From the IMG/VR virus record IMGVR_UViG_3300022699_000302, positions 32,001 to 96,000 of that record: DNA of 64,000 nucleotides; one strand, given 5' to 3'. Positions 1 through 10,012 of the stretch are shown in pieces. Position numbers and translations under genes: made by a program. Below the pieces are notes generated by a model. The model made no database searches. It was given only the letters and a program-made list of their open reading frames with translations, and was not told the DNA's origin. This DNA comes from a virus. The number at the start of each line of letters is the position of its first letter. The first letter of the stretch is position 1.

Positions 1-1
1 A

Positions 2-556
2 CTTCCGAAGGAGTGGTGGCTTCCCTCCAGAGAGGATTGGCGGGCTCAGTCGAAGTCGAACCATCAAGGCAGTAGCGATGACGTAGTCGGGATCGATACC
101 ATAGCTGACTCGATCTATGAACTCCCCGAGAAAGCCTTTCACACCTATCATCAATTACTCGAGAAGGGTACGGCTAAAGAGCTGGCTCGGTGTCTCCTAC
201 CGAACTGCTTTCACACCAAGCTCGTCTGGAACATCGATCTTCACAACCTGTTCCACTATCTCGGGCTGAGGATGCACGGACACGCTCAGAAAGAGATCCG
301 AGATTATGCCGAGGCTATTGCTCGGATTGTCGCGGACATTTTCCCGGTATCCTGGAAAGCCTTTACTGATTTCAGGCTGGGCGGAATGACGTGGACTAAG
401 CCAGAAACGGAAGTGATGCAGCAGGCGTTCTCCTACGAGTGGGCTCTTCAGGCCCTGAGGATGTTGAAGAATAAGGGTGTGACTAAGCGAGAGCTCAAGG
501 AGTTTTGGGCCAAGGTCCGGCCGGGTCACGCCATGCCAAAAGACTCTGAATACTAA
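2..556 (+). CDS. thyX: FAD-dependent thymidylate synthase ThyX, C-terminal part (5' truncated)
   Basis: Frame 2 is open from base 2 and reads RAQSKSNHQGS...GTAKELARCLLP...WNIDLHNLFHYLGLRMHGHAQKEIRDYA, the typical ThyX C-terminal motifs. Confidence 0.93.
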   Translation, partial: LPKEWWLPSREDWRAQSKSNHQGSSDDVVGIDTIADSIYELPEKAFHTYHQLLEKGTAKELARCLLPNCFHTKLVWNIDLHNLFHYLGLRMHGHAQKEIRDYAEAIARIVADIFPVSWKAFTDFRLGGMTWTKPETEVMQQAFSYEWALQALRMLKNKGVTKRELKEFWAKVRPGHAMPKDSEY

Positions 557-558
557 GT

Positions 559-592
559 AAAAAGAAAAGACCCGGTTATTTCACCGGGTCTT
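559..592 (-). terminator. Intrinsic terminator
   Basis: AAGACCCGGT/ACCGGGTCTT hairpin followed by a T-tract on the minus strand, between convergent genes. Confidence 0.75.
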
Positions 593-1145
593 CTCCATCG
601 TCACGAATCTGTCTTCGAAGTCTTTTATTCACAGACTTCAGATGACTGATTCGACGGCGTACCCGCCAGAGCATGCAGACAGCAAAGGTCTCCCCTCTAG
701 GATCTGTCTTTCCGGGAACGAAGGATTTCTCGGTGATACCAAACTTCTCTATCTCTTTGATGAGTCGACGCAGAGAAGCGGTGTCGTCAGGAGAAGCATT
801 GGGAGAGCTGAAGCGGGCGTCTTCCTTCAGTCTCTCCCTCATGGAATCGGTGAAGGTCCCGAGGTATTCATCGAGCTCCACTACGAGTGCCATGATAGTG
901 GTAAGGCCGGTTTTGGCCTTTTCGAGGTCTGCGCTCGTTTCGAGCGAGTGCATGGTGTCATCCAATCGGGTGTAGACAGCCTCGACAAGTGACCGCGCTA
1001 GATCTGCTTCTGCAATTAGGTCCTCTTTCGAGGTAGCTTGTTGAGCTATGACGCCCCCCTTTCTTTTTAGATGCGAGTCAGAGCCAGCTCGACGCAACGC
1101 GAGGGAGTGAACCCCGGCCAGAAGAAGAACGAAGAGAGTCGGCAT
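576..1145 (-). CDS. Hypothetical helical protein; start uncertain, probably near 1049
   Basis: ORF fills the gap to the terminator; the 5' extension overlaps the upstream gene. Confidence 0.6.
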   Translation of the reverse strand: MPTLFVLLLAGVHSLALRRAGSDSHLKRKGGVIAQQATSKEDLIAEADLARSLVEAVYTRLDDTMHSLETSADLEKAKTGLTTIMALVVELDEYLGTFTDSMRERLKEDARFSSPNASPDDTASLRRLIKEIEKFGITEKSFVPGKTDPRGETFAVCMLWRVRRRISHLKSVNKRLRRQIRDDGEDPVK

Positions 1146-2122
1146 TCACCCGCAGATTCGTGCTTCCGGATCCAGTCGTGCGGTTCGTACGCCGCCGAAG
1201 AGATCGACTCCTTGATCGCGTTGTCTACTCCTTGGAGAAGTTTTTCCACTTTACCGAAGCTTTTGGCGAGACGAGTCCACGACGAAGAGTTGATAAACCA
1301 GTGGTTCTTGAGCAACTTGTCCACCGTCACCGACGCGGGATAGGTGGTGATGCCGCTCTTCTTCCAGAATTGATTGGTTCTAAGCATCATCGAGAGCTCG
1401 CCCCGCCTGGAGCCCCAGTAGATGCCGGGCAGACTGTGGTTTTCGATTTTCCCGGTAGAGCTGGCTTCGAGGATGACGGCTTCAATAGTTTTGCAGATGT
1501 CAGTGACAAGCTTAGCGGTTTTGTCCCCAGCATCCCTGTTGTTTGCCAGTGCAACAGCCCATTCAGGTACGGTCTCGACGTAGATTTCCTTATTGAGCTC
1601 GAAAGGCGGGCACGTATTCAGCCAGCTCCTACGGACCTCCGCGCCGACTGTACCGCCGGGTCGAGTGATCTGGAGAATCACGTCTTTCGGGACTCCTTTG
1701 TGGATGAGGTCCTTAATGGGCACCACATCCGCGAGGGGCACGACATCCGCATTGTCCTTGGCCGCCTTGCTCTTAGCCGCGCGCAGCTGATCCTCTAACG
1801 ACTGGCCTTCCAACAACAGCGTTTTGTTGCTTTGGATCGCCTCCTCTCGTTGTTTTGCGAGTGCGGCGTAGTTATTGGACAAGTCGTGGAGCCGGCTGTT
1901 GAGCTTTTGTGTATCCCCCTTCTTTCTCTCAAGGAGTGTTTGGATCTCTTCGATCTGATTGTCTTTCTCTTGGCACTCGGCATGAAGGTCAGAGACCTTC
2001 TCCCTCAACCGAGTGATTTCTTCATCCTTGGACGTAGGCAGGCCCAGTTGCTGGTTGACCATGTCCAAGATCCCAGGTTTCCCGGGAGGGCAGGGTTTCA
2101 TCTCAGAATCCTGTTCGTGCAT
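1067..2122 (-). CDS. Hypothetical coiled-coil protein
   Basis: 351-aa ORF with a heptad-rich N-terminal half. Confidence 0.75.
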   Translation of the reverse strand: MHEQDSEMKPCPPGKPGILDMVNQQLGLPTSKDEEITRLREKVSDLHAECQEKDNQIEEIQTLLERKKGDTQKLNSRLHDLSNNYAALAKQREEAIQSNKTLLLEGQSLEDQLRAAKSKAAKDNADVVPLADVVPIKDLIHKGVPKDVILQITRPGGTVGAEVRRSWLNTCPPFELNKEIYVETVPEWAVALANNRDAGDKTAKLVTDICKTIEAVILEASSTGKIENHSLPGIYWGSRRGELSMMLRTNQFWKKSGITTYPASVTVDKLLKNHWFINSSSWTRLAKSFGKVEKLLQGVDNAIKESISSAAYEPHDWIRKHESAGECRLSSFFFWPGFTPSRCVELALTRI

Positions 2123-2131
2123 GAAAATCTC

Positions 2132-2965
2132 CTAAATCTGTGACGGAAGAGGAGCGAGATAGAAGTCTTCGCTCATGTCTTGTTCGATTTCGTATATTTC
2201 AGTGGGATACGATGCCCACTCGATCGGCTCGGACGGAGGATCGATAGGTTGGCGGGACCAGGTCTGAGGATCCCAGTTTTGGGCGACGACGTGTTCGGTT
2301 CCGATCTCCACATCTTGGAAGCGGATGAAGAGGCTGCACTCCACATCGCTCCAACTCTGCTTGTGGTTCACCTCTCGCCATGAGTCGAGGTTTACCCTGC
2401 CGGTCCACATCTGATAGGTGCTCGGTGAGACGATTCGCTGGTGATTGTTCCACTCGTGATCGTCATTGATCAGCTTACGGGCGAGACGAAAAGAGCCTTC
2501 CGGGAACTCGATAGTCAGCGGATTGATCACGCAGTTCTGGATCATGTCTTTCACATAATCATCTTTTTCGGGGACCTTGATATTTTTCCAACTGGACTGG
2601 GTTACTTGTTCATTGCCGTGGAACACCGAGAATTTCACTTTGCTGGGGAGACCTCCTGATTTCAGTCGATACGACCCAATTACGAACCGATTGGTTGTCG
2701 GGTAAGCGACTACAAAACTGAGATTGTTGAACGCTTCTGATGACCAATAGACAGGGATGAAAATCCCTGAGCTCATAAGGCCATCTTCGAGACAGTCGGC
2801 AAAGCTGTTACACCACTCCAGGGCCTTGTCCCCGCAGCCTCCCTCGGCGGCTTGGCGTAAGCAGCCCTTCAGGTCTGTTTTTCCAGTGTGGACTCGGAAA
2901 ACTTTGTCCGGCGGGACGGCATCGGCTTTCCGGCTGCCGATAGCGAGATCCAATGCATTTGTCAC
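2132..2965 (-). CDS. Hypothetical protein
   Basis: 277-aa ORF with RBS (AGGA). Confidence 0.75.
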   Translation of the reverse strand: MTNALDLAIGSRKADAVPPDKVFRVHTGKTDLKGCLRQAAEGGCGDKALEWCNSFADCLEDGLMSSGIFIPVYWSSEAFNNLSFVVAYPTTNRFVIGSYRLKSGGLPSKVKFSVFHGNEQVTQSSWKNIKVPEKDDYVKDMIQNCVINPLTIEFPEGSFRLARKLINDDHEWNNHQRIVSPSTYQMWTGRVNLDSWREVNHKQSWSDVECSLFIRFQDVEIGTEHVVAQNWDPQTWSRQPIDPPSEPIEWASYPTEIYEIEQDMSEDFYLAPLPSQI

Positions 2966-3033
2966 GAAATCCTCCTATAAAAGAAAGGCCCCCGCACAGG
3001 TCGGGGGCCAGTGACCATCTTCTTCTGTGCTTG

Positions 3034-3357
3034 TTACATGACCTGATCGATGAAGAGCACTTCACCGGGTCGGGTGAACTCCTTGGTCCATTCAACAAAG
3101 AACGGTTCGCAAGGACGGCTCTCATGCAGACGAGCCTCAACAGCCGCGATCGCGTCAACCTTGGTTTTACTAAAACCTGTGCTGACGGTGATCACGTCGT
3201 TGTGGGAAACCAGAACACGCCAGAAGAATCTCTGTGTGTCCTGGGGGATGATATCGATGATGACGGCACGGCCGTCCTCTTCGATGGTGGAGCTGTGCTC
3301 GGCCATGTTATCCAGGAACTCCTGGATATCGTGCATTGACTCAAGTTCTTCTGACAT
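3034..3357 (-). CDS. Hypothetical protein
   Basis: GGAGG RBS; lies downstream of the promoter motif at 3388. Confidence 0.75.
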   Translation of the reverse strand: MSEELESMHDIQEFLDNMAEHSSTIEEDGRAVIIDIIPQDTQRFFWRVLVSHNDVITVSTGFSKTKVDAIAAVEARLHESRPCEPFFVEWTKEFTRPGEVLFIDQVM

Positions 3358-3387
3358 GGCTAACCTCCATGAAAATCCTGCTCAACT

Positions 3388-3396
3388 CCTTAGGCC
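3388..3396 (-). promoter_or_regulatory. Putative early promoter motif (GGCCTAAGG variant)
   Basis: Variant of the recurrent motif, upstream of the gene at 3357. Confidence 0.55.
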
Positions 3397-3499
3397 ATAA
3401 AAATTCTGGTTCTATGACAGATTCAGATTAGGTTGTTACAAATGGTTGCACACCGTTTGGTTACACCATACAGTAGCACTAACTCTCAGGAGACATAGT

Positions 3500-4126
3500 A
3501 TGGCCCGAATCATAATCAATCTATCCGATTCGTTGTTGGAGCGTCTCGGTGTCGAGGATGATAATAAAGATGTCGTCATGGAAGTCGACGAACTTTTCAT
3601 GCGGAGGTCTCGGTCCGATGAAGGTGTGGTACTTACCGGCATTGTAGGCTACACCGTAGCTCCTGATGAGCTCTCCGAATCTATTCGGGACAAGATCGGG
3701 GATTTTGACACTACTGCTGGATCGTTGGCAGTGGAACTCCGCGAGCAGATTTTCAACTGGTCGTCCCCTAAACCCAACACTGAGCTCCATCCTCCTGAAC
3801 CAGAAACTCCTGAGAAGAAAGAAGGAACTGGCCTCTATAAACCAGATCCCTCGAATTTCGAAGTTCATATTCCCCGAGCTGACGGTAGTACCGAAATCAA
3901 GAAAGTCAAAGAACTCGATTACTACGACGGGGGGACTGCTCAGAAGAAGTTGGCGCCCGATACCGTATTCGGGGAAGATGATCCTCGTCTCTACGAAGAA
4001 ACATTCATCGATCCCGAAACAAAAGAGAAGGAAGTATGCACGGCTCTTACCCTCGAAGTGGATCCGATCCGCAACGAAGGTAAGCGTCAGCGCGTAATTA
4101 AATTGACGCCTGTGAAGCCCAAATAG
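3500..4126 (+). CDS. Hypothetical acidic protein
   Basis: AGGAGA RBS before ATG 3500. Confidence 0.75.
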   Translation: MARIIINLSDSLLERLGVEDDNKDVVMEVDELFMRRSRSDEGVVLTGIVGYTVAPDELSESIRDKIGDFDTTAGSLAVELREQIFNWSSPKPNTELHPPEPETPEKKEGTGLYKPDPSNFEVHIPRADGSTEIKKVKELDYYDGGTAQKKLAPDTVFGEDDPRLYEETFIDPETKEKEVCTALTLEVDPIRNEGKRQRVIKLTPVKPK

Positions 4127-4134
4127 GAGATGAT

Positions 4135-4449
4135 GTGGCGGACGAGCCGACGAAGAAAGAACCGCCGATTACGGCGCAGATGATGGTGGATCTTTTGGGG
4201 GAGAACGATCAGTTCTCAGAGATGGTGAAGGGTAAGCAATTCGCGGAAGTCATGCAGGCCTTGGTGAACTGGGTGGCCAACACGTTCGATTCGGAATGGG
4301 ACAAAGAGCTGGTCCAGATCATGGTCAGCTCTAGCTCCGGTACCGCGATCGCTCGGTGCGCTATGCAGAAGCAGAGCCTGGTCCAACATGTTCCCGAATC
4401 TGAACTTCAGCATCTCGTGAATATGAAACCGGAAAAGCGTGAGCCGTAA
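4135..4449 (+). CDS. Hypothetical protein
   Basis: AGGAG RBS, 104 aa. Confidence 0.7.
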   Translation: MADEPTKKEPPITAQMMVDLLGENDQFSEMVKGKQFAEVMQALVNWVANTFDSEWDKELVQIMVSSSSGTAIARCAMQKQSLVQHVPESELQHLVNMKPEKREP

Positions 4450-4687
4450 AGGACAGAACAACGAGAAGAGGCTGGCTGAGGCTGCAGCCGTAGAGGCATT
4501 GAAAAACCGAGGAGTAGATCTCTCGGTTATCCGCTTAGTCGTGGTTCGGCTCAGCGCCGGCCGACCCGATGTTAGTTTTGTCTGTGCCTCGGGTACTGCC
4601 ACCCATGGCGGGTATCTCTTTTTCGTTTCGGAGCTAGAAGACAAGTTGGATGACGACGGATCCGGCGGTTTCATCTAAACTGTCGGT

Positions 4688-5353
4688 ATGGCGTTGAATG
4701 CTCCAAACAAAGAGGTTCTTCAAAGAACTGACCTACTTTTCGGACCGCTCCCTCGAGAAGCCGTCATCCCTCCTGAGAGATTTAGGGAGGATGACGCTAT
4801 CCGCCGTGCCGAAGAAAAAGAGGGGGCGAACTACCTCGTTTATTTCGAGGGGGCTAAGCGTGTTATCTTCGATCAGTTTCTGATCAGCTCCTGGCAAAAG
4901 AACGTGAACGACATTGCAGTTCCGCAGTATACTCGCGGTCAGCCGGTCATCGAAGTCTTCGGGTCCGGTCAGGTACTCGTACAGGTAGAGCTGAAGTTGT
5001 TCGACAGCCGGACCACTGTCGAGTTCTTGGACGCTAATAGAGGAACGGGGTACGTCGGGTCCTCCATCAAGGAATTCGTGAAGAACTACGATCGCTATTT
5101 CAGAGGATCCGCCGGAGCTAAGAAAGACGCATTTGCGGCCCTGAACGTGAAGGGGCGAAGGGACTACGGGTACCTGACACAGTTCGCGTTCGATCGTGTG
5201 TCGCCTAATGATTATGAGATCACATGTTCGTTTAGTTTTTGGTCTTTTTTCTCTGAGATTGATGACGTAGGCAAGACCCTGGCAGAAGCCTTGATCGCCC
5301 GTACTGCTTCTCCTGGGGCTATCCAAGTCGACATTCCTGAGGATCAATTCTAA
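4688..5353 (+). CDS. Putative tail/baseplate protein
   Basis: Beta-rich 221-aa ORF translationally coupled to the next two genes; assignment is from context. Confidence 0.5.
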   Translation: MALNAPNKEVLQRTDLLFGPLPREAVIPPERFREDDAIRRAEEKEGANYLVYFEGAKRVIFDQFLISSWQKNVNDIAVPQYTRGQPVIEVFGSGQVLVQVELKLFDSRTTVEFLDANRGTGYVGSSIKEFVKNYDRYFRGSAGAKKDAFAALNVKGRRDYGYLTQFAFDRVSPNDYEITCSFSFWSFFSEIDDVGKTLAEALIARTASPGAIQVDIPEDQF

Positions 5354-6060
5354 TGGCGGGACAACAGCGTCTCAGTACTCAGGCTCTCCCCGAGCGATCC
5401 AGCTTTTTGTTCGGGTTCACCGATGGGCCGTCAGACAAAGAACGTCTTCGTCTGGAGCTCTACCTTCAAAACGGAGAGCGACTCTTCCGGTATGACCAGA
5501 TGATCGTCCAGCAAGTCAGTGACATGGACGTTGAAAAAGTCCAGTTCGAGATCTCATCGCACGGTCTGATCAAAGGCCTGTTCTTCAACCGTAACGTTAA
5601 AGCTGTTTCGATCTCGGCTGTTCTCACAGACCTGGTTCAGGACGAAGTCGATCAAGAAAGCTTAGTGGTTCACGACCAGTTGTCGCTTTTCGAGTACCTC
5701 TATCGCCGCTACTTTCGAGCTTCACAGGTGGCACGACACAAATATCAACTCGAAATGACGGTTCGTGGGCATACCTATATCGGGTTGATGGCAAACGCGA
5801 TTTTTGGGCTTGCTTCGGATGATGACACAATCGGCGCTGTGTCGTTCACTTATTTGGTCTTGGATGAACAGCTGGAAATACCCGAAACTCCCGAAGTATT
5901 TGCTGGTGACACCTCGGCTGGTCCTGCTACCTTTAGTCGTGAGACTGCTGAAGAACTAGAACATGAAGGCGACATCCCCCAGGGGGAAGTCCCCAGCTCG
6001 CGGAGAAGTGCGCGCGGAAGTCTAGGCCAGATTATCGATAGTCGTTCCGAGTCGTTTTAA
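5353..6060 (+). CDS. Putative tail/baseplate protein (resembles the preceding ORF)
   Basis: Similar layout to 4688..5353, with a C-terminal 'G(Y/L)..F....D......SF(S/T)' segment. Confidence 0.5.
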   Translation: MAGQQRLSTQALPERSSFLFGFTDGPSDKERLRLELYLQNGERLFRYDQMIVQQVSDMDVEKVQFEISSHGLIKGLFFNRNVKAVSISAVLTDLVQDEVDQESLVVHDQLSLFEYLYRRYFRASQVARHKYQLEMTVRGHTYIGLMANAIFGLASDDDTIGAVSFTYLVLDEQLEIPETPEVFAGDTSAGPATFSRETAEELEHEGDIPQGEVPSSRRSARGSLGQIIDSRSESF

Positions 6061-9000
6061 TGCCGAACAAGACCAAGTACTCGATGCGGCACCACGACTT
6101 CATCGTCTTTATCGATGGAGTCGAGATCCCCTGGCTCACCCTGCAGATGACTGCGGCTATGGGGCAGCCCTCGACTGTTGATATCTACATCGAGCCGGAT
6201 GACTTGATGGAACGGGTCAGGCCTAAAGCTCTTGTCCACGTCTTCATGTCTGATCCCTTCAGGAAGGCGGACGACGCAGATCCAGTCCCTGAAAACGAAG
6301 GGGATAGGCCTCAAAAATATTACCGCAAAAACTACTTCTTAGCTTTTGAGGGCGAGCTCCAGACCATTACGGAGACATGGACCGATAACAGCGCAGCTTT
6401 GGTTCTGGGTTGTTCGGACCTGACCAACATCATCCACAACACATCGCTCGATCTGGTTCAGTTGACTTCTGGCATCCGTATTCCCTTGATCAACGGTTCA
6501 ACGTTCTACGGGGACTTCCTGTCATTGTCCGGCACGAACTCAGCGATGAATGCTGTCATTTACGCTGCCATGGGATTTGACCCCGAAGAGGTCGCTAGTC
6601 AACAAGGCAAGACTGCTGAGGCAAAACTGGCGGCATCCCAGGCCATTCCCGTACTCAAAGACAAAATCTCCACAGACCCGGATGAGTACTACTACCACGA
6701 AGCGGTGCGCATTGCCCTGAAGTACTTTACTCAGTTCAATGCCTCGTACCGCTTGCAGGCGCTCCGTACTCGTTTGTTTGATAAGATCAGTGGGATCCCC
6801 GACCAGACTTTTCGTCGGCTTATGTCGGCTCGAGTAGCTCAAACGCTTATTACGAGTGGTTTCCAGAATGTGCCTAATCGATCATTGGGGCAGTTGTTGA
6901 ACTTCATGCTAAACATGGGGCTCCACCAGCCGACCTCTGTGTTCTTCCCGGTCAAGACAGGAGGAGAACGTAATGCTTGGTCGCAGTATCTGTTCCTTCC
7001 GAACTTGTACTATGCGATTCCGCCTTCTTGTAATTGGCTCTTCAAAGAGAATCTGACGACTATCAACTCTTCACGAGCATTCCTTCGGGAACCCACTCGT
7101 TTGATGGTTCGAGATCCCATGGTGGGCAACCTGGGACTTGTTCATATGGCCCCGCGCAGTTTGACCTCATTTCTGCAGTCAACTGGCAGTGGGGCTCCGG
7201 TGCCCCACACAGTTGATGGTGTACGTAGCCCGCTGACGTTTAATGCTGCGCGTACTGAAGAAGATTTCACTACAGACCCCAATATTAGGGGCGAAGCGGC
7301 CCTGGATCGGGCACCTTTCACGCTGAATCCTGATAGCGATGAGAGCGAATCTAACCCTAACCTTCTCAAGTACCTCACTCCCCTCGAGGTCGAGAAGGGC
7401 ATCCTTTTCCGTACATCAGATATGTCGATCGAGTACTTTGCCGGCAAAAGCACAGTACGCTCCGCATTTGGGGCCAGCGTGGACGCTGATGATGACGAGG
7501 AGCGACGTCAAGACCTGAATGCACAGGTCGAACGAGCCATTCAGAACGATGACTCGTATATCCGATACATGCAGAGTCTCGCGAATTACCGACTGAGCCT
7601 TGAGCAGCTGAATCGAGACATTAACGCTAACGGCCCCTTCAATCCGTGGGCGACCCCCGGCTTCCCCGCTATGATCTGTCGACCAGATCGCAGCTATCGA
7701 GGTTTGTTGACCAAGGTTACCCACACGATCTCGTCTACAGGAACAGCCCAAACCCTGTACGATTTTGCAGTTACTACCCTTTTCCGGCCTAAAACAGGCA
7801 CGCGTAACGAGATTGCTGATCAAAGACGTCTCGAGAATCAGCTTGACGAGGCCGAGGTAGAGCTGAACAGGGCTATTGAGGAATTCAATGAGTCCCTGGA
7901 TTTAGAGGTTGATGAAAGAGATATTTCTGATCTAGAAGAGATTGTCCGTAAGAGCGTCGAACCAACAGACCGAACGCCTTATATCGAAGAGATCAGTACT
8001 TTTCGGGATTGGCGAGGAGTCGAGATCAATCGTGGTTTATTGATGGCGTGGTATGCCATCAGGAAAGCTCGTGATGACCTTCGTGGAGAAGTGAATCTCA
8101 ACCCCCCTCTCGAGCGTCTTCGGCATATCGTGAACTTCGACATCGATCGGAGTCGAGACTATTTCAAACTGAGATCCGCTCCCGTACCGGAGTTGCAGAT
8201 CGTAGAGGGAGAGTCTACTACTGTCTATCGCGACGTTGATTTCACGCCTTTCTTGGACGATAAGTTGGAGGCTGGTCAAATAGCCTTGAATTACTCCCCC
8301 GAGGTATTCATTGGACCGGCAGGAGAGCGCGAGATCCAGCGAAACAACCAGAGACTGGAGTTAACGTATTGGAGTGGAGACTCTAAGGATGGTGATCCCG
8401 GTTCTGTGTCACTTCTGTTTGGCGAGGCGGTGCTTGACCCTAGCGGGTTAGCTAGCGATCTCAAACAGTTCCTCCAGGATATCCAAGCCAACTACGGTCG
8501 GGCTGTAGTCCGAGGAGAGTTTACTGACCTCCAAGTTTCTGGGTCTGATATTACGGTAGAGACTGAATCTGGGGGGACTCAAGTCATCTCGGATCTCGGC
8601 GGTGTTGTCGACTTTCTTCTTGACGATGCGTTAGCACGGCTTCAAGCCGGTCAGCAAGCTGCTAGGATCGCGAATATTAGAGAGCGCAAGCAGGCCCGCG
8701 ATACCGCTCAACTCAACCTGAGGGAGTCCCTGGGTCTTTTCGAAGAAGCTGTAGAGCAGCCCCCAGTGCCTGACTTTCTCAACACTAATTTGCTTGATCC
8801 CCTGAGCGTGGAGAAAGTGTATGAGCCTGTTCTCGGATCTAGCACTGCTCTGTCCCAGACTTTTGACTACTCCGGAGACAGTCCGCCCCCGCTTCTTCGC
8901 CGAAGCGACGGCTCTCTATCAGCTGCTACTCTTCAAGCCAGAGACGCGATCATCACCCTCGCTCTCCGAATTTATGATTTCAGCGAGGACATTAATCCCT

Positions 9001-9440
9001 CACTGGATCAAGCCGAAGAAGAGGGAGACCCGTTTAGAGCCACACCTCTCTATTCTCAGTGGGAAAATGAGGGCGATATCCCGCAACGCATCAATGAGTT
9101 TGCCCGACGAAGCTATGACGACATGGTAACGCTGGACGACTTTTTGAGGATCAACGGCTTGCAGTTGAAGACTGAGGCAGCTTCGTTTGGACCGGTCCAG
9201 CGGTCTTTCTTCCGTATGACCAATAATACCGGACGACAGTCCTACTTCGACAAGCTTCACGACGGCAACACAGGTCAGGAAGGAAGCGACTCTTCGAATT
9301 CGGCTCTGGATGGCATTAACGACGTCAGACAGGTATACCCGCCATCGCTCTACAAATTTCTCTATGAGGCTGGCCGGCAGGAGTTCTTGTTGGAATACGC
9401 GCGCCGCCACTTCGTGCCTCGAGGACTCTCTGGCAAGTAA
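6060..9440 (+). CDS. Putative baseplate hub protein with long C-terminal extension
   Basis: N-terminus FIVFIDGVEIPW...GQPSTVDI...FEGEL...LGCSD and later GPFNPWATPGFP...YRGLLTKVTHTISSTG resemble hub/late-control-D folds. Confidence 0.55.
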   Translation: MPNKTKYSMRHHDFIVFIDGVEIPWLTLQMTAAMGQPSTVDIYIEPDDLMERVRPKALVHVFMSDPFRKADDADPVPENEGDRPQKYYRKNYFLAFEGELQTITETWTDNSAALVLGCSDLTNIIHNTSLDLVQLTSGIRIPLINGSTFYGDFLSLSGTNSAMNAVIYAAMGFDPEEVASQQGKTAEAKLAASQAIPVLKDKISTDPDEYYYHEAVRIALKYFTQFNASYRLQALRTRLFDKISGIPDQTFRRLMSARVAQTLITSGFQNVPNRSLGQLLNFMLNMGLHQPTSVFFPVKTGGERNAWSQYLFLPNLYYAIPPSCNWLFKENLTTINSSRAFLREPTRLMVRDPMVGNLGLVHMAPRSLTSFLQSTGSGAPVPHTVDGVRSPLTFNAARTEEDFTTDPNIRGEAALDRAPFTLNPDSDESESNPNLLKYLTPLEVEKGILFRTSDMSIEYFAGKSTVRSAFGASVDADDDEERRQDLNAQVERAIQNDDSYIRYMQSLANYRLSLEQLNRDINANGPFNPWATPGFPAMICRPDRSYRGLLTKVTHTISSTGTAQTLYDFAVTTLFRPKTGTRNEIADQRRLENQLDEAEVELNRAIEEFNESLDLEVDERDISDLEEIVRKSVEPTDRTPYIEEISTFRDWRGVEINRGLLMAWYAIRKARDDLRGEVNLNPPLERLRHIVNFDIDRSRDYFKLRSAPVPELQIVEGESTTVYRDVDFTPFLDDKLEAGQIALNYSPEVFIGPAGEREIQRNNQRLELTYWSGDSKDGDPGSVSLLFGEAVLDPSGLASDLKQFLQDIQANYGRAVVRGEFTDLQVSGSDITVETESGGTQVISDLGGVVDFLLDDALARLQAGQQAARIANIRERKQARDTAQLNLRESLGLFEEAVEQPPVPDFLNTNLLDPLSVEKVYEPVLGSSTALSQTFDYSGDSPPPLLRRSDGSLSAATLQARDAIITLALRIYDFSEDINPSLDQAEEEGDPFRATPLYSQWENEGDIPQRINEFARRSYDDMVTLDDFLRINGLQLKTEAASFGPVQRSFFRMTNNTGRQSYFDKLHDGNTGQEGSDSSNSALDGINDVRQVYPPSLYKFLYEAGRQEFLLEYARRHFVPRGLSGK

Positions 9441-9466
9441 AAAAGAAAGACCCCCTAGAGGGTCTT
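9440..9466 (-). terminator. Intrinsic terminator
   Basis: AAGACCC/GGGTCTT hairpin with a T-tract on the minus strand. Confidence 0.65.
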
Positions 9467-9904
9467 CCCAAGATAGACAGCGCCACTGAACAATGCGATG
9501 ACCAGGCTGCCGCCGACCAGGTAGCCAAGTGTTTCTTCGACCATTTCTTCCTCTTTCCGGGCTTCGGCCATAGATCGCCGAAGCCTCTGGATCGAGTTGC
9601 CGTACTTCTTGTTGGAGGCATCCCGTTCGACCTTGCTGTGGATGTCTTCGGTCATCAGCTCCTCTTGGAGTTGAGACCTTCGGCGGAATCTCCTGGTAAT
9701 ATTTTGAAGCTTCTCATGGCGCCTTGCGCCAATCAGGACAGTGTTCTCGTGCTTGTCCCACTCTTCTTGGGACATCTCTCCAAGCCCTTGGAAATCAGCG
9801 ACTTTGGGCTTACTTTTTGGGTTGGCCTTCTTGGTTCCTTTCTTTTTAGGCGGGCTGTCTCCTTTATCTGGCTCGATCTCACGCCACCCCGGATCTTTCG
9901 ACAT
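9455..9904 (-). CDS. Hypothetical protein with C-terminal transmembrane anchor
   Basis: Ends LGYLVGGSLVIALFSGAVYLGKTL; GAGGAGG RBS. Confidence 0.75.
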   Translation of the reverse strand: MSKDPGWREIEPDKGDSPPKKKGTKKANPKSKPKVADFQGLGEMSQEEWDKHENTVLIGARRHEKLQNITRRFRRRSQLQEELMTEDIHSKVERDASNKKYGNSIQRLRRSMAEARKEEEMVEETLGYLVGGSLVIALFSGAVYLGKTL

Positions 9905-9949
9905 GCTAACCTCCTCTCTTGCTCTCTTGGGTGAAAAGGGTCTCTATAG

Positions 9950-9958
9950 TCTTAGGCC
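9950..9958 (-). promoter_or_regulatory. Putative early promoter motif GGCCTAAGA
   Basis: GGCCTAAGACTATAGAG upstream of 9904. Confidence 0.65.
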
Positions 9959-9962
9959 ATAC

Positions 9963-9985
9963 TTGGCTGCGTCGGATGCAGCCAA
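9963..9985. repeat. 23-bp palindromic element, copy 1
   Basis: TTGGCTGCGTCGGATGCAGCCAA. Confidence 0.8.
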
Positions 9986-9987
9986 CA

Positions 9988-9996
9988 TATACTGGT
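9988..9996 (+). promoter_or_regulatory. Putative late promoter motif TATACTGGT
   Basis: Exact 9-mer upstream of structural gene 10013. Confidence 0.5.
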
Positions 9997-10012
9997 CGAG
10001 AGAGGACCAGAA

